Below, one piece after another: positions 13,447-25,870 of a stretch of 64,000 nt of DNA. Where the stretch lies: the NCBI RefSeq assembly GCF_006345805.1, contig NC_043012.1, forward strand, positions 51,460,001-51,524,000, in the 5' to 3' direction. The stretch is from Octopus sinensis. Taxonomy: Eukaryota. Below the pieces are notes generated by a model. It did not search any database, was not told the origin of the DNA, and saw only the letters and a list, made by a program, of their open reading frames with translations. Numbering within the stretch: position 1 is the stretch's first letter; every line of letters starts with the position of its first letter. Both the position numbers and the translations under genes were made by a program.

Positions 13447-14299
13447 TCATTGTATTTTGTATTTATATTTGTTAACATCGTCTGTTTTTCCGTCTTTGTT
13501 TTTTTTGCATCGTCGATTTGGATGTTTTGTTGTCCCTTTTTCTATCACCTAGTTCTCCGGAAGTTTTGCATTCTTGTCCCTTTTTGTATTATATATATAT
13601 ATATATATATATATATCAATGTATAAGTATATGTCTGTATGTATATGTGAGAGAGTATGTGTTTGTGTGTCTTACGCAGAGAGTCTAATTGCTCTTTAGA
13701 CACATTTATTAACTATATTCTTCTACTGTTACTGCAGTAATTCCTTTTTTTTTCTCAGTTTACTAACAACATTTTACGTATGATTGTCTACAGACTCTCT
13801 GGTCGTCGTAATAGCAATTACAGCCGTCAAACAGCATTCCACAGACATGTTTGTGTGTCAGTAATATTGGTGATATTTATATCTTACTCAGTTTCGCTTA
13901 CTCTCTACCACCTTACATTGTGTTTATAGTGAAATTCGGCAAGCTGATCAGGTGCACGTGTCTAATATCACGTAATGAAGCTGCGGACAGATCAAGTAAA
14001 CTACAGGATTATTGATATTAATGGTGTTTTCCATTAATTTGTTTGGGTTGCTGGTGGGTGCTAGAATACATTGTCTCAGGATTTCTTGTTGCAAAATGTT
14101 GCTATCTATAACAATAAATCACACACATATCCGTTCACAGATTCTGGCAAGTAAAAACCACACGTACAAAGACACGAATATTATGGTGTGATTATGTACT
14201 TAAGTGACGCTACAGTACGTATACATATATATATATATAAGTATGCATGCATACTTAGGGGAGAGAAAGAGAGAGAGAGATGAGTAGAGAAAGGGAGAA

Positions 14300-14636
<337 letters not shown>

Positions 14637-16611
14637 AACTTTCATGAGCAGCAATACCATTGCTGAAATTATAACGACAAAAGTCACACGCACTCAGATA
14701 CACATATAAATACGTGTCTGTTTAGATGCATTCATGCATTCATATACATACATTACATCATACATGCACACACACACTCACACATAACATAATACTTACA
14801 TTCATGCCTGTATACACTTATACATAACTATATGATTGCAGAAATCAGACGCTGTAAGTATCAAACACTTATGGAAATAACTTTCTCAGTGTAAGATTCT
14901 TCTCTTTTTTCATGTAACAGATACCTATACTGTTTTACATTCGTGACAATTAGATTGCCAGAAATTTCAGATAATTTCATTCCTCTGAATCATCACATCA
15001 ATGCTATGTTGTCCAGATTTTAATCATTTACGTTTTCGGTAGCATCGAATGTTAGATCGATTTAAGCGGCAAACTTTACTGCTTACAGTTTCTCAACATG
15101 TCTTATATGAAGTCATTTGTGTTCAAATTTACTTAATAAATCACATTCATTTTGTCAAAGAAGTTCCACTAAAATTTTCAACGAGTGATAAAACTTAGAA
15201 ACACGCACAGACTTTCTGAAAGGCACCACATGTATTTGGCGGTGATTAACAGTAGTGATATGTGTCATTGTACAAAAAAATATTGCCGAGTTTGTTGTTT
15301 ATTGTCAGATATATTTAGCTTCCCGTGTTCACAAAAATGTTTTATAGGAAAAGGTTAACGCCATTATCTAAAGCGCAATATAAATCACAAATTCATCTTA
15401 TATATTGCATTGTCTGACCTATCAAGGAGCAGAGTATGGGGAAATATTTGTTGAATGATGAACCAATTACGTATTTACAGCTTATGTACTAAAATAATTA
15501 ATTGTCATTAAACGAATTTCTAGTGCTCTTCAGTATCTAGTCTGATTTTCGATCATAATTTCGCAAATCCGGCTCTTCTATGTGTAGAGAATTAGTGCCC
15601 ATGTAAATACTTATTAATTGAAGACTTATCGCAAAATTAAAACTATGATCTTGGAATATAAGAATGTAGTCTAAAGTATTATAAATCTGAGATCGGAAAC
15701 GAAACACTGAATCATTCCTTTATCTCTTACTTAATGACGTTATAAATCATTAAGATATATCAACTCGTAACAAAAGCACACCAAAGAGACAGGAAATTAC
15801 TGAGAATAAATTCCGAATGTTTTGATCTGACGAGTTTTAATAAATATACTTCCCTATTGAATGATCTTTCATATCATCCATGAAACAATACGCTGCTTGT
15901 GTTGGCACTCTCGTTTAAATGTTATGGAAGACAGAATATAACGACTTTGACATGTAAATGAAGAATTCGGTTTAAATAAGCATCTACACGACACAATCTC
16001 GTTTAATTATGAAAATAAAATCAATCTAATTTCTATACATCTTGACACACTTCACATTATTACAACCTATTGCCGCGTATATATAAATATAAAACGCTAA
16101 AGTATTGTGTGCCATTAGATAATTACTAGCCAATATAGAATTAACGTGGAGATACTATTTACAGACTGAATGGAATAATATTTAACGATTATTACTACAG
16201 TTACTATACCATGGACAATGTTTTTAACAATTGTTGGTCTCTGTGATATATAACACTAAGTGTGGACATACAAAACCATCGCGGAATCATCTATATGATG
16301 GTTAAATCATTGCAGCCGTATACTCATCAAATCGTACTTTATCGTATACATGAAGAGGACACACCAAATGACGTGATCTTATTTGTACTCCACTAAAAGT
16401 GGAAAACATTTCTTCACTATCCCATAAGTCACAATTTGGGGCTAAGTATCAACTTGATTTCATACATTTCTCTCTGGCTCAAATAGGTACCCATATAAAT
16501 GGTTTTTTGTTTGTTTGTTTTTTTTGTCACATGAGCTCAAAATATAAAAAAACACTTATACTTCGACTAGGGATTGAATAAGCTATTCTTATATACATGC
16601 ACATCCATCAT

Positions 16612-16823
16612 TTTCTACTCTAGGCACAAGGCACGAAATTTTGGGGGATGAGTCTAGTCGATTAGATCGACCTCAGTGTGCAACTGATACTTATTTTATC
16701 TACACCGAAAGGATGAAAGGCAAAGTCGATCTCGGCGGAATTTCAACTCAGAACGTAAAGACAGACGAAATACCGCTAAGCATTTCGCCTGGCGTGCTAA
16801 CGTTTCTGCTAGATCACCGCCTT
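16612..16823 (-). mobile_element. tRNA-derived SINE, family B (alternative tail)
   Basis: Same head and core as 7861-7909; the tail differs (plus strand TAGGCACAAGGCACGAAATTTTGGGGG). Confidence 0.85.
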
Positions 16824-16882
16824 AATACACGCACAATTATCATCCCACTCACAAACAAGCACATATATCTGCCAAGATATAT

Positions 16883-16932
<50 letters not shown>

Positions 16933-16994
16933 CATTTACATATACATCTGTATGTATATATATAGTACATATATATATATATATATGTAGAGCA

Positions 16995-17097
16995 TGATAG
17001 CACAAAAAAAGACAACAACACGAGGACGTGGAACAAATATAGTATTATTGGACGCTCAGGAAAGAAAGGAAGACGGGGGAAAAATCGCCAACTGTAC
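16995..17097 (-). mobile_element. Internally deleted copy of the short PLE-type hammerhead element
   Basis: Both ends match 22306-22515 (CAGTTGGCGATTTTTCCCCCGTCTTCC and GAGCGTCCAATAATACTATATTTGTTCCACGTCCTCG); the central ribozyme-like part is absent. Confidence 0.8.
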
Positions 17098-17916
17098 ATA
17101 TATATACATATACATTCATGAAGATAGATAGCTATATAGATTAATTGATAGATAGTAAGGCAGATAGATAATAGATAGATAAAAATGTATGCCCATCCAC
17201 AAATTTATATGTATATATATGTAAGTGAGAGTATCCAGGTATATGGGAATTATTGTATCAAAATTCGAGAGAATGCGATAGAAATAGATAGATTGAGAGA
17301 GAGAGAGAGAAAGTACAGTATATCAAAAATTCAGTCTCTGTAAATGGGAAATTATTTCATCCATTTCCTCCCTTCCAGGAAGTGAATTAGGTATCTGAAC
17401 CAGTAGATTAGTACCTCAAGCCGCACAAAAGTATATTGCAATATTCGGCCTAACAGTTAAGATCTCGATCGATGAATAAAAATGCTTGAAACGTGTAACT
17501 GTTTGTCATTCTTACGATTTCTACAAGAAAATAAAAACACCGTTCGTTTATCAAGTATTAACGCCAGAAGACTTGTCAGATGTGAGCGTTTGTAACAAAG
17601 CGCTAAGAAGATGATGGAAAATGCATGATGGAAAATAACATGATCGGAGGAGCGGCTCGTATCTTAAATGTGATTAGTATGAAGCGATGTACAACAATCA
17701 GCACTGGATTTTCGAAAGCATTTGTTGCAGACACTGAAGTTAAGGAGGAGTTTTACACTAACGTCAACATCGAACAGTTACTAATGTGCTCAAATCTGAC
17801 GAAGAACCTGTCAGAACAAAGAATGTATCGTCACCACATCAGCAATTGGAGTACAGAACAGAGATGATCGTACAATTGTTGCGACTTCGGTATAAGGAAT
17901 GCAAGCATTTTCAACT

Positions 17917-18146
17917 TATTTCTTTCTTGCCCACAAGTGGCTAAACATAGAGGGGACAAAAAAGGACAAAGTGATTAAGTCGATTATATCGAACCCAGTG
18001 CATAACTGGTACTTATTTAATCGACCCCGAAAGGATGAGGAGGCAAAGTCGACCTCGGCGGAATTTGAACTCAGAACGTAACAGCAGACGAAATGCCCCT
18101 AAGTATTTCGTCCGGCGTGCTAAAGTTTATGCCAGCTCGCCGCCTT
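17917..18146 (-). mobile_element. tRNA-derived SINE, family B monomer
   Basis: Head plus one unit equivalent to the 184-bp array unit, ending at the same TATTTCTTT boundary. Confidence 0.9.
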
Positions 18147-18499
18147 CATTTTCAACTTATTAAGGGTTCAACTGTCTAGAAACTTTTGGCAAGTAAATAT
18201 TTTCTGTATGTTAATATTGTGAAACAAAACTGAGTTCAGTATTTAATCATATCCTGGTAGTGTTGACATAAAATTATTTAGAAAAGGAAATGGACACATT
18301 GAGTGATTTATTGTGGTACTGTTATAAAATTTTAGGTCATTGCGAAATGAAGAGCATTGTAAGAATTGTAAAAGAAGCAGCGTGATGACACATATATGTT
18401 AGATGGTGATAGTAGTTTATTGGATCATTGTGCCCTTGGCAATCAGCTTAATTCGTTTTTTTTTTCTTTTGTTATAGTGTGGGTTGATTCTGTAAGAGC

Positions 18500-19450
18500 A
18501 GAAGTTCCAAAATTTATTTGTAGCAACTTTAAAATACAGAAAATTTTGTGCGGACTAGACTATAGATTAGGGCATCTAGAAGCATTAGTTACCAAATTCC
18601 TGGCATACAGTTATTATGCGGTCATGTGGTAACAAGTATATACGGAGAAAAGGTTTCATAACAAGAACCGATGTTCGCTGCTTAATGGTCCGTCACATAA
18701 TTCGATAAAATATTCCAAGTCAACTCATTCTGAAACATTGTTCAGTGTTGAAGCATTCTTCACATTAGGTTTATTACGTGTTTTTGTGAGTCCCGAAAAG
18801 TTCTATCATGGATGTGAAATCTATCATTTGTAGTATATATGAGTTTTTATTTCGCCTTATGGATATGGTTAGGTGTGAGATATATTTTTGAGGTACGCAT
18901 ATTGATCGTACATTTGCCCTACAGATGGAGAAATTATGATCGTATTAAAGATGTCTACTGTTCATGATCGCAGTGCAGAATTGACGAGCATTGTCACAGA
19001 TGCATGGTTTTAAATCCTTTGTGCACAAACATAGAGACAAATGAAGGTTCATATTATATGTTTGAGGCTGAGCGCTGTTAGAATGGATGAGATCATGTTC
19101 GACATATATATATGTATAGCGAAAAGATTGAATGAGATATCAGTGCAATGTGCTACATCAGCATTGATGGAAATTGATGGAAATATATCTACCACTGCAC
19201 AAATTTTCTTTGTCGTACTACAGGAAACGATGAGGCAAATTCAATGCAGGATAAATTAAGCTAGCCGCTTTGGGTTCTAGGTGCGAAATTAATCTTCAAG
19301 TATGTTTGTTAAACAAGTCCTGTTAAATTAGGCGCTCTACCTTTAAATTCTAGTGCATATTTGCATATTGCTTAAAGAAGAATCCAAAATCATGATGTAC
19401 AAAGCGAAGAAAGAGTTTACCAAATTCTTAGAAGAAAACCGTTCAAAAAT
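18500..19450 (+). pseudogene. Possible very degenerate hAT-like transposase remnant
   Basis: Scattered weak matches in hAT order (SYxV, LTSIVTDA, MDEIM...LNE...LMEID, YHC) in different frames; no TIRs seen. Confidence 0.2.
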
Positions 19451-19619
19451 CACATTCTAAGCTTACATGTCAACTAAGAAATACAGATAAAGAAGCCAAA
19501 GGTCGCGATACCGAAACCATATATTCATCAACCTGATAGTTATTATTAAGTAGTAGTTTCTATCGCAGATATTAAATTTGAGTGTCCGAAGCCAAGTATT
19601 TTGGGAAGAGAGATGAATA

Positions 19620-19832
19620 TCTTTTATCTTTTCACTCATGTTTCACTCATTTCACTGCGGCCTTGCTGGGGCATCAACTTCAAGGGTTTTAGTCGAACAA
19701 TTCCACTCCAGGCGTTATGTTTTAAAGCTTAGTATTATTATATCGGTTTCTTTTCCCAAACCGCTAGGTTATGGGGACACAAACACACCAAGAGCGGTAG
19801 GAAGATATAAAGACATACACGCACACTCACAC

Positions 19833-19912
<80 letters not shown>

Positions 19913-19940
19913 TGAAAGATAGATAGATATATATATAGAT

Positions 19941-19987
<47 letters not shown>

Positions 19988-20210
19988 TATTGATTGATTG
20001 ATTGATATATAGATAGATAGATAGATAGATATATAGATAGATAGAGAGAGAGAAAGAGAGAGAGGAAAGGCTTCTTTTATTTTCCGTCTATTACTCTCAA
20101 GTCTTTGGGCGGCCCGAAGTTATAGTAGCAGATACTTTCCCATATCGTCACACAGTAGGACTGAACCCGGAAGCATGTGGTTGGGAAGCAAGCTTCTTAC
20201 CACACGGCCA
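19620..20210 (-). mobile_element. tRNA-derived SINE, family A, with expanded internal (GATA)n
   Basis: Tail 19620-19800 and head 20070-20210 are homologous to family A; (GATA)n lies at 19833-20070. Confidence 0.85.
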
Positions 20211-21720
20211 GAAAATATTCCAAGAAGACATAAAGGTATTGGAAGAAATGATTAATGAAAGTGTTTTTAAATGCATGATGGAAATCAATATCAACTCAAT
20301 CACAATCGAACAGGCTTATGATCAAAGACATTCTAGCCGACACATTTTCCTTCATTTCACTACACATTTATGCTGTCAGTTGGATAGAAGTATGTGCTTC
20401 TTTATTCCTGATATTTCATGTAAATCGAAAACCAACGGGATTTAAACGATCTACTGCATACATAAGGACATTTAAAATTATATGGAATAACAAGGGGGTT
20501 TAGATTACAATGATTCATAAACCTATACATTTGGTAGAGGGAAATACAGATGAATCTGTCAATTACTTTCAATTAAATGCAACACCCATTTTTTTTAATG
20601 GTTTTAAAGAAGACAAATTCTCCGGATTGAAAGATGAGAAACAATTGAATGAGATGGGTTTAATAAAATGATCAGTTTGGGGTTGGTGTGGATATCACCA
20701 TCATTCGAATCCAGAAGAATCTGTGATGAACCGTGATAGAAAAAAAGAGAAAAAAAGCTAACACACTGTCATACATAAATGGGAAAGAGGAGATATATCT
20801 AATAAGCTAAAAAATATATGTATATGATGAAAGTAGTTTTGAATCAAGAGATAAACCATTTAGGCAGGAAAAGCCGAATACATCTACGATCAAAGAAAAT
20901 TTTCGGCAGCTAGTTATTAACGGACAACATTTTATAGAAGAATTTCACTATCATATGTCTAAATTAATGAAGCTGGAAAATTGCCAAATTTACGTTCAAG
21001 TGATACGTGACACGACAATTTACTTAATATTTAGACAAAACTTTGTCAACAACTTTATCCTTATATTTTCATTCATCTCGTGCTTTCTCATAATAAAACT
21101 GCCAAAACTACATAGTCTTCCTGTCAGTCTTTTTAATTGGTAAATAGGTTTAGCTGTTACTTATTTGTATTTTATATTATATGAAATGAAATGTCTACAC
21201 CCTGAAATATAACATATGTTTAATGATTTCTTTGTCGAAGCAAACTTAAAGCAAAATTTAGCTTTCGGTTTTACGGTTATAGACACCATCTGACAAAATA
21301 ACATAAGTTCCGAAGAACATGAGCCTTACGAACACAATAGATACATAGAAAGCTACATATACATTGTTATGAGCATATAAATGAGTGTGTGCATATGTGA
21401 GTGTGTGTGTGATTGTGTGTGTGTGTGTGTGTGGTGTGTGTGTGTGTGTGTACAACAGCAAAAATGCAAAGCAAGGTGAAAAAATTGTACACCAATACGA
21501 AATGTACCGTAACCTGCCCTTTTATTTAAGCCGGAAAGATCTCCCTAAGCTGTCACTAAGTGAATCACGTTATAGTTTGTCGGGTAGTTGTCATCGTACT
21601 ATACCGTCACAACCTCCCGCCGAACGTGACGCGAGTCTCTAAGTAATAGTTTGTGAAGATTTTTTCGGACTTAACACAAAGTATATATCTGTGGTGGGGA
21701 TATATATATATGAGTATGTG

Positions 21721-22103
21721 TGGCGACTTAATGACCCAATGGTTACGGCAGCGGACTCGCGGTCGTAGAATCGCGGTTTCGATTCGCAGACTGGACGTTG
21801 TGAGTGTTTATTGAGCGAAAACACCTAAAGCTCCTCACGGCTCCGGCTGGGGATGTTGGTGAACCTGATGTACTCTTGAACCACAACTTTCTCTCACTCT
21901 TTCTTCCTGTTTGTGTTGTACCCCTATTTTGAAAGGGCCAGCCTTGTCACACTCTGTGTCACGCTGAATCCCCCCCCCCACCCGAGAACTTCGTTAAGGG
22001 TACACGTGTCTGTGGAGTGCTCAGCCACGTTAATTTCACGAGCAAGCTGTCCTGCTGATCGGATCAACTGGAATCCTCGTCGGCATAACCGACGGAGCGC
22101 CAC
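21721..22103 (+). mobile_element. Chimeric tRNA-derived SINE (different head, family C 3' half)
   Basis: Head TGACCCAATGGTTACGGCAGCGG...GGTTTCGATTC differs from the 3601-3915 head; 21930-22103 matches the reverse complement of 3601-3775. Confidence 0.75.
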
Positions 22104-22151
22104 GTATATATATATATATAAATTGATAGACATGCATACATACACACATAA

Positions 22152-22182
<31 letters not shown>

Positions 22183-22193
22183 CATACACCCAC

Positions 22194-22254
<61 letters not shown>

Positions 22255-22305
22255 TGTATGTAATTATGTGTGTATGTATGCATGTATATGTATATATATA
22301 TATAA

Positions 22306-22512
22306 TGTGACCGCGCTTGTACCGTTGGCGATTTTTCCCCCGTCTTCCCTTCTCTGGATCTTACCTTTTCCTATGTTTCTGACGAAGAGCTCCGCTCGAA
22401 ACGTAAAATCCTCCTTCCTCCTTCCCTCCCTTCCTGAAGGTTCAATAATACTATATTTGTTCTACGTCATCGCGTTGTTGTGTTTTCTCTTTGTGTTTTC
22501 ATGTTTGGATTA

Positions 22513-22515
<3 letters not shown>
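22306..22515 (+). mobile_element. Short non-autonomous PLE-type element with a hammerhead motif
   Basis: Homologous to 37378-37553 (+), 40904-41088 (-) and 16995-17097 (-); lies in TA-rich microsatellite. Confidence 0.75.
22375..22409 (+). ncRNA. Minimal type-I hammerhead ribozyme candidate with intact core
   Basis: Stem I GTTT 22375-78 / AAAT 22406-09; CTGACGA 22379-85; extra A; stem II GAGC-TCC-GCTC 22387-97; GAAA 22398-401; palindromic ACGT in place of stem III; triplet GTA with predicted cut after 22405. Confidence 0.65.
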
Positions 22516-22554
<39 letters not shown>

Positions 22555-23989
22555 GTTTTATTTGTTGTGTTTATAACCGATTGGTCGGTTTTTTAGAAGC
22601 AAGGGCAGGAATTATACCCCCCTGATTTTTGACGAGGTTAATTTAGACAAGCAGGCCACTGACGGACACACGAACACAGAATTATTTCAGCCGCCTGACC
22701 TGCTTCTTTCAGTAGTGCTCACTATCTCGCGCCCCTCGCCACCATACGGCCACGCATACATAGGCTTGCATACACACACATGCATGTAGGTAGGTAGTTT
22801 CTCGCACCTAAATAAGACACCCTGAATTCTTAAAATATTCAGAGCATTAGCTTTGGTTACACAGAATATCTTCACACCCCTTGTTTTCAGTATTTCCTCA
22901 CCTACCAGATTTGACCGCGGCCTGACCTTGAGTTATTCCAACGTACTTTTTTGTCGACCTCCACCAACCCCCCCGATTTCAACGTACATTGAGAAACAGT
23001 TTACCCCATGGGCTCCTAGGGAGCGTTCTTGTTCGAGTTGCTTGCTGCGCCTTTGTTTTGTTTGGACATCGTAATTCCTGGATTTTCCTGAAGAGAAAGC
23101 TGCAATATGGTATCCTTATTCAATCAGAATTTGGAAATTTGTGGCCTTTGAAACATGTGTAGAATGTAATAAAAGGAATTCTGTAGAATCTTCGTTCAGC
23201 TCCATTTCTTCCATTCACTAATTATATATATATATATATCATCGCCCACGCATACTTAGTGTACGAGGTTCGTTTTTTCGCCGGTAGACTAAGGTATAGC
23301 GCAGTGGAGATGCCTTCCTCAAACAGCCGGGTATTATAGTGAATCACCAGAAATATTTTAAAATGAAAGCTCATCAATGAATTAGATTCACATCTATTAC
23401 CATGACAAAGCTTGGAATTCAAGGGATATTAATAATAGTAGTCATGAATAAAAACATTATATATAGAGAAAATATGGTAAGCATGCTTCTGATCACATAG
23501 CCACTCTTGCCCATCATATATCTCTCATTTATTTTGAGCTTCAAGAAATTGTTTGTGAAATGTATTAATGTATGTATATCCTATATATTTATATATTAGT
23601 GTATTATACCTTTGATTGTGTGCCTCTCTGTTTTTCCCCATCATCGCTTGACAACGGGTGATAGTTTGTTTACGTTGCCGTAATTTAGCAGTTCGACCTC
23701 GAATGCGTAAGTTGAAAAATCTCCACTTAACCGAGATTTAGCTCTAGCTTGACTTTATATGTCTCTCTGGGAACACAGACATTATAAAAACCGTGAATAT
23801 TATTGATATCATCAACAAAGTCAGATAAATGAAATTTCAAGGAAATAATGATAATACAGTATTAAAAATATCTAGTGTTTAATTCCAAACAAGTGTAGAC
23901 ATAGAACAGAAGTTAATCTTGTTAGATATTATCAACGGAAGTGATTCACCAAATTTGTCTAGGATTAAAAATGAATCTTTCAAATTCTG

Positions 23990-24140
23990 GTACATTCAAG
24001 ACATTGCTGAACTGGTACTTGTTTTATCGGCTCTGATATGATGGAAAATGTTGGCCACGGCAGAATATGAACTCAGAGCGTAAATCCGCTGGACAATATG
24101 GTGCTAAGCAGCTCTCGCCGACCTGTTAATGATTCAGCCA
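23990..24140 (-). mobile_element. Degenerate family B SINE
   Basis: AACTGGTACTT and GAACTCAGAGCGTAA motifs retained. Confidence 0.55.
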
Positions 24141-24429
24141 AATGTAAGTTTCACAAGAGAGAACTTACTTCACTGGTTGACTTAAAACACAAGATTCACT
24201 AACAATTCCATTGTTTTACTTTACAAACTTGTGAGCACTACAAGGAATATAGGTTCCTTTACATTTCTTACTTCGATACTGTTTTTAGATTATATAATTA
24301 CAGATTCTCTTATTTACTAACTGCCATGATAATCTCAGTTAACTGGCGTTTTTAATCTCTTCCGATTAAAAACAGACAAGCACACACACGCGCACGCGCG
24401 TATGTATGCATGTATATAACTATGTAATC

Positions 24430-24653
24430 TACAGAAACCCGTATCCTTAACGTAGTCCGAAGGAGATTCAGTATGACAAGTAATGCTACAAGGTTGACCC
24501 TTTGAATTAAAGATACAAATTATCTTCGTCAAGCTGACTAGAGCAACGTGAAATATAGTGTTTTGCCCAATGACATAGCGCATCGCTATGTAATCGAACT
24601 CACGACATTACAACCATGAGCTGAATGCCCTAACCGCTAAGCCACGCGCCTTC
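24430..24653 (-). mobile_element. Degenerate family C SINE
   Basis: Minus-strand head GGCGCGTGGCTTAGCGGTTAGGG...GAGTTCGAT; body similar to 3700-3915. Confidence 0.7.
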
Positions 24654-25049
24654 AAAGGCACATGCACATGTAGAAATGTATGCCTCCGGGTGAGTGTATG
24701 TGTGCATGTGTGTGAGTGATTGTGCACATCCGTGTGGATGTAAGCGTGTAAGTTATGACCCCACATAATTATCAAGATATAGAGGAGAACGGTAAGGCTA
24801 AGTCTCTCGGAACACCAACAACCGTCCAAAAAGGCGGGACGACCCTCATTTACTCACTGTTCAGTAACATTTCCTAACGCTAGATTTATCTTAGGCTCTA
24901 GAAATTTATGTATTTGTTAATGTTACATGCAGAAGTACACACAAAAAGATGTTCTACCAAAAATAAAGAGCAACGCTTTTGGCTCCCTTCAAACAAGAGT
25001 GTTTTCTTAACATTTGACAGCGATTCAAATCTATATTAGTTAAAGTTTT

Positions 25050-25570
25050 ATCTTATATTTGTTTCAGTCATTAATCTGCGGCCATGCTTGGGCACCGTAT
25101 TGAAGAACTTTAGTCGAATGAATCAACGTCAGTAATTACTCTTTTTTTAAACCTGCTTGTTATTATATTGGACACGTTTACCGAAATGCTAAGTTACGGC
25201 AAGGTAAACAAACTATCACCCGTTGTCAAGCTATGATGGGGAAAAACAGACAGAGATACATACAAAGATAGGTATACATACACTAATATATATATATGAT
25301 ATATATATATATATACATTAACGCATTTCACAAACAGTTTCTTGAAGCTCAAAATAAATGACAGATATATAAGTGGTAAGAGTGGTTGTGTGATCAAAAG
25401 CATGCTTACCATCCTGTGTGTGTGTGTGAGTGTGCGCACACTCTTACATGCGTCAACCAAATTCATGCTCAAATCTTTGGTAGGCCTGAAGCATTAGTAG
25501 AAGACAGTTGACTAAGATGCTAAACAGTGGGACTGACCCCGGAAGCAACATCCTTACCACACTGGCGTGG
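25050..25570 (-). mobile_element. Family A SINE with an internal inverted rearrangement
   Basis: Tail 25050-25260 and head 25470-25570 are on the minus strand; an inverted flank-plus-head copy sits between them at 25316-25412. Confidence 0.65.
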
Positions 25571-25695
25571 CGGCGCCACGTATATATCTCATCATTTTGA
25601 ACTATAAATAAACTGTTTGTGAAATGTATTAATGCAGACAAATCTTATGGGAACACAGTAACGTTAGCACTAAATACTTTTTGTTGGCACTTGTA

Positions 25696-25870
25696 TTACT
25701 CAGCATCTTCTTCTAGAATATACCAATTTGATTCTGTTAACAATGCTTCTAGATGTTGCAAAGGGACATTCGCGAGGTCATCAAAATTATTAAGTCTACT
25801 ATCTTTTGAAGTAGATCCGATGCTGGTAAAATCTAATGCTTCTTTCACCTTTTTCGGAAATTGAACCTTA
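25696..25870 (-). CDS. Candidate terminal coding exon of an unidentified gene
   Basis: Acceptor TTTATAG, then an open frame of 57 aa with ordinary composition, KVQFPKKVKEALDFTSIGSTSKDSRLNNFDDLANVPLQHLEALLTESNWYILEEDAE*. No homolog recognised. Confidence 0.25.

Noticed and set aside
17795-17822. CTGACGAAG motif (and CTGATGAG near 50314)
   Set aside because: No stem II followed by GAAA; chance matches.
17625-17867. 80-aa ORF with ordinary composition
   Set aside because: No recognisable domain or splice support.
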